DNA of 63,811 nucleotides, the filler included, from Chiloscyllium plagiosum (taxonomy: Eukaryota): the NCBI RefSeq assembly GCF_004010195.1. It is 4 parts of one record of this genome, joined end to end, with 100 filler letters (N's around TTAATTAATTAA, not from the genome) between each part and the next. Parts side by side here need not be neighbours in the genome. Positions count along the whole stretch, not along the records: positions 50,685 to 57,960 come from NC_057713.1; positions 58,061 to 63,811 come from NC_057713.1; 2 more parts are not named here. One strand, 5' to 3'. How positions within the stretch are numbered: the stretch's first letter is position 1; every line of letters starts with the position of its first letter. The notes beneath the pieces were generated by a model. It saw nothing but the letters and a program-made list of their open reading frames with translations, did no database searches and had not been told where the DNA came from. The translations under genes were made by a program, and so were the position numbers. Of this stretch, positions 54,381 through 63,811 are shown piece after piece.

Positions 54381-55126
54381 AGTCCCCCTTTTGGTCTCAT
54401 GAAAATGAGACCAACAAACCAGTTTTATACATCACATTCGCTCTCCGATACATAGTCTTCCCTTCCTGCCAGAGTCATGGTTTCCTTCTCCATCTGTGAC
54501 ATCTGGTAAGGGGAGAGAACCTTCCCTCCAATTGCTGTGATGATTACCCAGTTCAACAGAGATCTAATACAGGGGATACAACAACATCCACACAACACTA
54601 ACGCAGTCATCATACCAACGAGGGACATAAACACATTTCNNNNNNNNNNNNNNNNNNNNNNNNNNNNNNNNNNNNNNNNNNNNNNNNNNNNNNNNNNNNN
54701 NNNNNNNNNNNNNNNNNNNNNNNNNNNNNNNNNNNNNNNNNNNNNNNNNNNNNNNNNNNNNNNNNNNNNNNNNNNNNNNNNNNNNNNNNNNNNNNNNNNN
54801 NNNNNNNNNNNNNNNNNNNNNNNNNNNNNNNNNNNNNNNNNNNNNNNNNNNNNNNNNNNNNNNNNNNNNNNNNNNNNNNNNNNNNNNNNNNNNNNNNNNN
54901 NNNNNNNNNNNNNNNNNNNNNNNNNNNNNNNNNNNNNNNNNNNNNNNNNNNNNNNNNNNNNNNNNNNNNNNNNNNNNNNNNNNNNNNNNNNNNNNNNNNN
55001 NNNNNNNNNNNNNNNNNNNNNNNNNNNNNNNNNNNNNNNNNNNNNNNNNNNNNNNNNNNNNNNNNNAAGCCATATATTTACAAGTCCCCCTTTTGGTCTC
55101 ATGAAAATGAGACCAACAAACCAGTT

Positions 55127-57137
55127 TTATACATCACATTCGCTCTCCGATACATAGTCTTCCCTTCCTGCCAGAGCCATGGTTTCCTTCTCCATCTGTG
55201 ACATCTGGTAGGGGGGGAGAGCCTTCCCTCCAATCGCTGTGATGATTACCCAGTTCACAGAGATCTAATACAGGGGATACAACAACATCCACACAACACT
55301 AACGCAGTCATCATACCAATGAGGGACATAAATACAGACACAATTAATCCTTTCCATTTCCCAAACCATGAGTCGAAAATGCCTCCTAGAGGGTTGTCAA
55401 TACCTGAATGTTCATGCATTTATTCAGACAAGGTTCTTAGTCCTTCCAGGGCTCTGGTTACCGAGCCATCAGGTGCCGTGTTGTTGGGGATGAACGTACA
55501 ACATTGATCACCGAACATAGAGCACACTCCCCCCTTTTCTGCTAACAGCATATCTAAGGCCATTCTATTTTGTACTGTCATCAATGAGGTCACTGCCAGT
55601 TGTTCAGAGAGTCCCGCCACTGCGTCTCGAGTTCTTTGGCTAGCTTGAGTACATTGTAATGTACATAATTAATTCAGTCGACGTTTTTATTTGGCGTGAC
55701 TGGGAATAGAACACCGATAATGGGAGATTCTCAAATTCTGCTGCTGTTTGATCTGCCAATTTATATTCATCAGGTACATCGCGGGGAACACCTATTGCAT
55801 CTATGTAAGTGGTTGAGCCAGATGTGACATCAAACAAATCCCTCCGTGTTCGTGCATGTGGATTTATTCCCTGTTGTCGTTCTTCTAAGAGGAATAAGGG
55901 TACCCGTAGCCTGACCATTGCACAGGTTCCAGACCAAGCTGGAGGTAGACTAATATGCAGTATTCTATCTCCACAGTACCAAAAAAGATCAGCTCTGGCC
56001 CAAACCATTGTGCTAGCATTCTGCCAGCCGGTTACATCAATCTTGTCCTGACACCAGTCAGCGGGCATGTCTCCCAAGATTGTATTAGAACTTCGAGCGA
56101 AACAAGTGTAATTACCTTGGGGTAAACACTGGAGGTAATGTGGAATTCTTTACAGGTGGGAAAATAGCACTTAAGGTGGTACAATTTGGAGAGTCCGCCT
56201 GCATGGTGAGGGCCATCATGCAGTGAAATCATGTTGGGTCTATATTAGGGAACAATGGGGCTGTGGTAGTAAATAGGGTTGGCCTGGCCGAGAAACACGC
56301 GACGCAATTACTCATATTCATTGAGGTTGCAGTTGCTGTCATCCAGTCCAGCCATAAGTTCTTGTCCCCATACCCGGTAGCCAATTTAATAATGTCCCTT
56401 CTCGTGAGGTTGTTGTGGTCTATTACCACGACTCCTGAACTTGGTTCTACCACCATGCTTGTTGTGTTTTTGGTTTGTGGCTGGTTCGTAGGAGGGTCCA
56501 CGAAGGTTACCTTCACTAGTCCCATGTTATCCACTCCTGATTGATCTACACCCATTACAAAATAAAAGCTTCTGTCATCACTCCCACAGTAAATCTATAC
56601 CTCTTTGAGACCAGCGTTAATATCGAATCTTGTCAGGGTTAACAAGAGTGGATTTTTTAGCTCTGAGGAATGATCGAGTTGCCCCTTTGTCAGGCTCCCA
56701 TGGTCTCGAACTTACCATCTATTATCCGAGGGTGACGACTTCTTGGGTGTCCATCGTACCCCTGTCCATGTTAATACATGATCCCACGACGGGCATGGGT
56801 CATAGTAAATAGCATAGAGGCAAAGATATACATCATACTCCCTCCAGCTCCTTGTATCTTGGCCACAATCAATTACTTCGCATAAGTCAAACTGGTATGT
56901 TATACCATGGTTTTTATCATGTCTGATGTGTACCTGGCTCCCCGCCTCCCTTAAACATTTGTCCGCCTCTTGTCCTATTGACCTTTCATTCCTGGGACTT
57001 TCTCCCTCACCTGTGTATTTGTCCCTCATGGTTAATACCCCTATTAACAGCAGCATGACACTTATACATAAAATAATAGCAAAACCTCCCAACCTCAACA
57101 GCCGAGAGTAGTGTGGGCTTCTTACAGAGATACACAT
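55127..57137 (-). pseudogene. env: Retroviral env (gamma-type), disrupted by stops and frameshifts
   Basis: Hydrophobic signal region, CxxC (CVAC), furin site RTRR, immunosuppressive domain QNRMALDMLLAEKGGVC, CX6CC (CSMFGDQCC), TM LIVSVFMSLIGMMTALVLCGCCCIPC; split over at least four ORFs. Confidence 0.93.
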
Positions 57138-57303
57138 TATATCCTTTACACAACTTTCCTATATGTTTTAAACAAATTCTTCTTGTGTTCCGGTCCTGTC
57201 CTCACTTCTGCTCTCCAGAAAAACCTTTCCTTGGAGATCTTAAGAACCTCTCCCCCTTTTTCCAGAACCCTCTTCCTGCAAAAGTTAAAAGTTTAAGACC
57301 CTT

Positions 57304-57960
57304 CTACTCTTTTTCTATTCTTATTTGTTCTAGAGTTCTCGTTGGCGGTTCCGTGGCTGTGCAGTGGCTCCAATGGTACCAGCTTTCTCCTTTCCCCTGT
57401 AATCTGACCGCATGAGATGTCCTCTCCACCACCTTGTAAGGTCCTGTCCACCTTGGCTCCGACCACTTCCGTTTGATCACCTTCAGCAGGACCCAGTCTG
57501 TGGTAGATGGCGCCTGGCTCTGTAGGTCTCCCTTTGCCGATCCAACCTGTTTGGAGATAGCTGACACCAGAGCTGTTAGTTGGTCATAGTAAGGTTTGTA
57601 CCTTAGAGAGGATCCTCCTCCCTCTAACATCTGTATTCCAGCTCCTGGTCCCGGGAACTGCTGCCCTGTTGTCAGCTCATACGGGGTGAACCCTGTGATA
57701 GAGTTTACTGAGCTTCTAATGGACATTAAAGCTAAAGGTAGGGCATCCACCCAGCTTAACTTTGTTTGTGCACACACTTTTCCTATTTTTCCTTTTATGG
57801 ACTGATTCATTCTTTCCAATTTTCCCTGTGACTGAGGATGGTACACGGTTCCAAACGCATGTTTCAGTCCTAAAGCTGCTTCAACTTCTTGCAGGTCTTT
57901 ATTCTTAAAATGTGTACCATTATCTGACCTGACTTTCTTTGGAAACCCATGCATTGGAAT
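57304..57960 (-). CDS. pol: Retroviral pol C-terminus: integrase core and C-terminal domain, open frame, truncated by join
   Basis: SDNGTHF...YHPQSQGKLERMN (D35E), TPYE, EPRWTGPYKV (GPY/F) over 216 uninterrupted codons. Confidence 0.93.
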   Translation of the reverse strand: MPMHGFPKKVRSDNGTHFKNKDLQEVEAALGLKHAFGTVYHPQSQGKLERMNQSIKGKIGKVCAQTKLSWVDALPLALMSIRSSVNSITGFTPYELTTGQQFPGPGAGIQMLEGGGSSLRYKPYYDQLTALVSAISKQVGSAKGDLQSQAPSTTDWVLLKVIKRKWSEPRWTGPYKVVERTSHAVRLQGKGESWYHWSHCTATEPPTRTLEQIRIEKE

Positions 57961-58249
57961 NNNNNNNNNNNNNNNNNNNNNNNNNNNNNNNNNNNNNNNN
58001 NNNNTTAATTAATTAANNNNNNNNNNNNNNNNNNNNNNNNNNNNNNNNNNNNNNNNNNNNGGGAGATGTTGGTTTGGGGGGGGGGGGTGGGGTCATGGTC
58101 AAGGGGGCAGTAGGAGGAGGTATCTGCGAGCTGGCGTTTGGCCTCAGCTGTTAAGGCAATCATTTATCCAATTAGCAAGTACACCCTGAATCTCATGTGA
58201 CCTAACTTACTAATAAGTCTATCATGCAGAACCTTGGAGAAGGCTTTAC

Positions 58250-61200
58250 TAAAGTCAGTTTACTTTTCATCATTAGCAAAGAGATAGGAGGGATTGTTGG
58301 CCGTACTATTAAGTGGGGCTTGCAAAAGTATAACCTGCTCACCTGATGCTCAGTCTGGCTTGCACCAAGGCCACTATAATCCTGACCTTATTACAGCCAT
58401 AGACAGAACATGGACAGAACAGTTGAATTTCAAAAGTGAGAGGAGAGTGACTGCCCTTGATATTAAGGAAGTATTTGACCCAGTATATCATCAAGGAGCC
58501 CCAGCAAAAGGAGTCAATGGAAATCGGGGGAAATATACTCCACTGGTTGGAGATTAGAGTTGAAAAGTGTGGAGCTGAAAAAGCACAGCAGGTCAGGCAG
58601 CAAACGACAAGCAGGAGAATCGACGTTTCAGGTATAAGCCCTTCATTAGAAATGGGGGTGGGGGGCACTGAGAGATAAATAGGACGGTGGGGGTGAGGGA
58701 GAAGGTAGCTGGGAAAGCGATATGTAGATGGGGAGGTGACAGTGACAGGTCAGAGGGGAGAATAGGTGGGAAGGAAGATGGACAGGTAGGACAGTTCAGA
58801 AGGGCAGTGCTGAGCTGGAGGGTTGGATCTGGGATGAGATGGGGGAAGGGAGATGAGAAAACTGGTGAAGTCGAAGTTAATGCCATGTGGTTGGTGGGTC
58901 CCAAGGTGGAAGATGAGGCATTCTTCCTCCAGGCGTCGGGTGGCGAGGATTTGGCAGTGAAGGAGCTACATGTCTTTGGCAGAGTGGGAGGGGGAGTTGA
59001 AGAGACCAGCCACAGAGCGGTGGGATTGTTTGGTCCGTGTCTCAAGAGATATTCCTTGTAACGTTCCATGAGTTAGCATCCTGCCTCCCCAATGTAGAGA
59101 GCAACAGACACAGTAGATGAGGTTCTAGATATAGGTTTGCTCGCTGAGCTAGGTTAGTTTTCAGACAGTTCATCACCATACAAGGAAACATCATCAGTGA
59201 GCCTCCGGATGAAACACTGGTGGCATGGCCTGCTTTCTATTTATGTGTTTAGGTTTCCATTGGTTGGTGATCTCATTTCCTGTGGTGATGTCATTTCCTG
59301 TTCTTTTTCTCAGGGGATGGTAAATGGGGTCCAAGTCAACGTGTTTGCCATCCTTTTAGGAATTCTCGTGCATGTCTCTGTTTGGCTTGTCCTAGATTGG
59401 ATGTGTTGTCCCAGTCGAAGTGGTATCCTTCCTCATCTGTATGTAAAGATACTAGTGAGAGTGGGTCATGCCTTTTTGTGGCTAGTTGATGTTCATGTAT
59501 CCTGGTGGCTAGTTTTCTGCCTGTTTGTCACAGTTCTTGCAAGGTATTTTGTAAATGACATTAGTTTTGCTTGTTGTCTGTATTGGGTCTTTCAAGTTCA
59601 TTAGCTGCTGTTTTAGTGTGTTGGTGGGTTTGTGGGCTACCATGATGCCAAGAGGTCTGAGTAGTCTGGCAGTCATTTCCGAGATGTCGTTGAAATACTG
59701 GAGCGGGTAGGGTTTCTGGACGTGTTTTGTCTGCTTGATGAGGTGTTTGGATGTGCAAGAAAACCTCTGCCAGATGTGGAAGGATCTCCTGGGGCCCAAG
59801 ACAGAGGTGAGGGAGGGAGGTGTGGATGGCAGGGAAAAGTGCCGGGTGTAGAGGGTGGGTTGGTGGGGCACGAACCGAACAAGGGAGTCACAGATGGAAT
59901 GGTCTCTGCGGAATGCTGATAGGGATGGGGTGGGAAATATATCTCTGGTGGTGGGGTCTGATTGTAGGTGTCAGAGGATAATGCACCGTATCCAGAGATT
60001 ACTAAAGTGGGTGATGAGGACCACAGGGGTTCTATTCTTGTTGCGGTTGGAGGGGTGGGGTTCAAGGAAGTGGAGGAGACGCGCTGGAGAGCATTGTTGA
60101 TCACGTGGATGGGGAAATTGCAGTCCTTGAAATAGGAGGCTATCCAGGATGTCCTGGAGTGGAATTGCTCCTCCTGGAAGCACTTATGGCAGAGACAGAG
60201 GAATTGGAAGTAAGGGATAGCATTTTTACAGAAGGGGGTGTGGGAGGAGGTGTAGTTCAGGTAGCTGTGGGAGTCAGTGGGTTTGAAACAGAAGTGTGTG
60301 TTGACTAATAGCCGGAGATGGAGAAGTCCAAGAAGGGGAGAGAGGGGTCCAAGATGGTCCAGTTGAAGTTGAGGTCAGGATGGAAGGTGTTTGTAAAGTT
60401 GATGAACTATTCGAACAGTTCATCAACCCTCTCCTCCAACCTATCACCATCACCCTTCCACCTGCATCAACCTATCACCTTCCCAGCTATCTTGGCCCTC
60501 ACATTTATCTCTGAGCCCCCTTCCTCCCCCCACATTCCTGAAGGGCTTATGCCCGAAACATCGACCATCCTGCTCCTCAGATGCTGCCTGACCGGCTGTG
60601 CTTTTCCAGCACCACACTTTTCGACTCTGATCACCTGCATCTGCAGTACTCACTTTCTCCTAGTCCACTTGTTAGAGTCATATCTAGCATAATTAAAGTT
60701 CCTATGTGTAGTGTGCTAGGTCCCACGATCTTCAGCTGGTTCATTAATAACATTCTCTCGATTATACATTCAGAAATGGAGATATTTACTGATTATTGCA
60801 CAATATTCAGCAGCAGCAACACCTCAGATAGCAGTTTGGATCCATATGCAACAAGATTTGACAACATCCATGGTGGAGCTGATAAATCGTAAGTAACATT
60901 TGTGCCACAATGTGACAGGCAATGGGAGTCTCCAATAGGAGAGAATTTAACCATCACCCTTTGCTCAATATACTGGGGATTGCAACTGACCAAAATTGAA
61001 CTGGACAAGCAATATTAATGCAGCGGCTATAAATGCAGGTTAGAGGCAAGGAATTTTGCAACAAGTAAATTAACTCCATTCTCCCCAAATCCTATCCACT
61101 ATTTACAAGAGACATGTCCAAAATGTAATGGAATATTCTCCACTTGATCCAGTAGTACTCAAAAAGTTTAAGACTACCACGCATAAGCAACCCACTAAAC

Positions 61201-61590
61201 TGGCACCTTATTCATCATCTTCAACATTCACTCCCTTCAGAGGCTCAATGACAGTATTGTGTACCATCTACAACATACACTGCAATGACTCACCAAAGCT
61301 CCTTCAAAAACACCTTTCTAAGCCATGACTTCGACTACTTAAAGGGATCAGTGCAGCAGATACAGAGGAACACCACCAGCTGCAAGTACACAGCTGTGGG
61401 ATTATATCATCGTTCTTTCACGGTCTTTAAATCAAATGCTGCAACTCCCTTCCCAAGAGCACTTGGATGGTCCTATGCTCCAAGCGTTGCATTAATTCAA
61501 GAAAGCAGCTAACCACTGCCTTCTCCAAAGGCAATTACGGATCAGCAATATATGCTGGGCTAGCAAGCGGCAAATGCAGCCACTGAACAA
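58250..61590 (+). mobile_element. CR1/L2-clade LINE RT remnant (58250-58552 and 60664-61590) interrupted by PLEs
   Basis: ALDIKEVFDPVYHQG, SVLGPTIFSWFIN and IFTDYC motifs; duplicated site tccactggttggag/tccacttgttagag at 58539-58552 and 60664-60677. Confidence 0.75.
58553..60663 (-). mobile_element. PLE family A (inverted pLTR ends) with a nested family B GIY-YIG element at 59124-59736
   Basis: NVIYKIPCKNCDK in ORF 59509-59871; 8-bp TSD GATGAGGT at 59116-59123 and 59737-59744. Confidence 0.82.
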
Positions 61591-61654
61591 ATTAAAGAAG
61601 TGTAGCGTTCTGAGTAGTGTTCTAATTTTATCCATGGCTGCTTCTTTACATTTC

Positions 61655-63811
61655 TATACTCAGAGTCAGAGATGTACAGAAACTGACCCTTCAATCCAAC
61701 TCGCCCATGCCGACCAGATATCCCAACCCAATCTAGTCCCCCTCTTAAATGTTGCAATTGTACCAGCCTCCACCACTTCCTCTGGCAGCTCATTCCATAC
61801 ATGTACCACCCTCTGAGTGAAAACGTTGCCCCTTAGGTCTCTTTTATATCTTTCCCCTCTCATCCTAAACCTATGCCCTCTAGTTCTGGGCTCCCCCACC
61901 CCAGGGAAAACACTTGGTCTATTTACCCTATCCATGCCCCTCATGATTTTATAAACCTCTATAAGGTCACCCCTCAGCCTCTGACACTCCAAGGAAACAG
62001 CCTATTCAACTATCTCCTGATAGCTCAGATCCTCCAACCCTGGCAACATCATTGTAAATCTTTTCTGAACCTTGTCAAGTTTCACAACATCCTTCTGATA
62101 GGAGCGAGACCAGAATTGCAGGCAATATTCCAACAGTGGCCTATCCAATGTCTTGTACAGCCGCAACATGACCTCCCAACTCCGTACTCTATACTCTGAC
62201 CAATAAAGGAAAGCATACCAAACACCCTCTTCACTATCTTATCGATCTGCGACTCCACTTTCAAGGAGCTATGAACCTGCACTCCAAGGTCTCTTTGTTC
62301 AGCAACACTCCCTCGGACCTTACCATTAAGTGTCTAAGTCCTGCTAAAATTTGCTTTCGCAAAATGGAGCACCTCATATTTATCTAAATTGAACTCCATC
62401 TGCCACTTCTCAGCCCATTGGCCCATCCGGTCAAGATCCCATTGTATTCGGAGGTAACCTTTTCTCACTGTCCACTACACCTCCAATTTTGGTATAATCT
62501 GCAGACTTACTAACTGTACCTCTTATGCTCACATCCAAATCATTTATATAAAATGACGAAACGTAGTGGACCGAGCACCGATCCACGTGGCACTCCACTG
62601 GTCACAGATCTTCAGTCTCCACCACCACCCTCTAAATTTTCCACTTTTGAGCCAGTTCTGTATCCAAATGGCTAGTTCTCCCTGTATTCCATGAGATCCA
62701 GCCTTGCTAACCAGTCTCCCATGGGAACCTTATCGAACACCTTACTGAAGTCCATATGGATCACATCTACCACTCTGCCCTCATCAATCCTCTTTGTTAC
62801 TCCTTCAAAAAACTCATTCAAGTTTGTGAGACATGATTTCTCATGCACAAACCCATGTTGACTATCCTGAATCAGTCCTTGCCTTTCCAAAGACATGTAC
62901 ATCCTGTCCCTCAGGATTCCCTCCAACAACTTGCCCACCACCGACATCAGGCTCACTGGTCTATCCTAGCTTATCCTTAGCACCTTTCTTAAACAGTAGC
63001 ACCTTGTTAGGCAACCTCCATTCTTCTGGCACCTCACCTGTGACTATTGATGATACAAATATCTCAGTAAGTGGCCCAGCAATCACTTCTCTAGCTTCCC
63101 ACAGAGTTCTAGGGGACACCTGATCAGGTCCTGGGGATTTATCCACTTTTAAGCATTTCAAGACATCCAGCACTTCCTCCTTGTAAAATGGACATTTTTC
63201 AAGATGCCACCATCTACTTCCCTACATTCTAGATCTTCCATGTCCTCTTCCACAGTAAATGCTGATGCAAATTACTTGTTTAGTATCTTCCCCATCTCCT
63301 GCAGCTCCACACAAAGGTCTCCTTGCTAATCTTTGAGGGGCACCATTCTCTCCCTAGTTACCCTTATATCCTTAATATATTTGTAAAAGCCCTTTGGATT
63401 CTCCTTAATTCTATTTGCCAAAACTATCTCATTTCTCCTTTTTGCCCTCCTGATTTCCCTCTTAAGTATACTCCTACTGCCTTTATACTCTAAGGATTCA
63501 CTCGATCTATCCTGTCTATACCTGACATAGGTTTCCTTCTTTTTCTTAACCAAAACCTCAATTTCTTTGGTCATCCAGCATTCCCTATACCTACCAACCT
63601 TTCCCTTTCACCCTAACAGGAATAGTGTCTCTGGATTCTCGTTATCTCATTTCTGAAGGCTTCCCATTTTCCAGCCGTCCCTTTACCTGTGAACATCTGC
63701 CCCAATCAGCTTTTGAAAGTTCTTGCCTAATACCATCAAAATTGGCCTTTCTCCAATTTAGAACTTCAACTTTTAGATCTGGTCTATCCTTTTCCATCAT
63801 TATTTTAAAAC
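61655..63811 (-). mobile_element. CR1 (HER1-like) LINE ORF2, degenerate, runs off the window
   Basis: KSPGPDQV, SQHGFVHEKSCLTNL, MDFSKVFDKV and RLRGDLIEVYKIM in successive ORFs. Confidence 0.93.

Noticed and set aside
54366..55335. Apparent tandem duplication of env tail, PPT and LTR start
   Set aside because: The copies directly flank a sized gap and differ by several substitutions and indels; best explained as paralogous or allelic copies overlapped by the assembler.
1..63811. CRISPR arrays, rRNA or prokaryotic operons
   Set aside because: None seen; the sequence is vertebrate intronic DNA.

Overview
Vertebrate genomic DNA, most likely a shark (inferred from the repeat families). It is mostly intron of a minus-strand gene: two coding exons (8303-8393 and 3299-3373) splice in frame to a peptide I recognise as the syntaxin Habc region of TSNARE1. 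I found no other TSNARE1 exon. The rest is dominated by mobile DNA: at least three families of Penelope-like elements (PLEs; RT, GIY-YIG, pseudo-LTRs carrying minimal hammerhead ribozymes, often folded back and flanked by target-site duplications), CR1, CR1/L2-clade and Rex-Babar LINE remnants, HE1-type tRNA SINEs, solo LTRs, a decayed Harbinger-type Myb/SANT fragment, and the 3' half of an endogenous retrovirus (integrase, disrupted gamma-type env, PPT, complete 448-bp LTR) at 53933-57960. There are three artificial 100-nt joins (N44-TTAATTAATTAA-N44) and three sized N gaps, so order across joins and some duplications may be assembly artefacts. All family assignments come from motif recognition, not database searches, and most repeat boundaries are approximate. 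I found no clearly new system. The best leads are the ERV with its cis-elements and the hammerhead-bearing PLE repeats.
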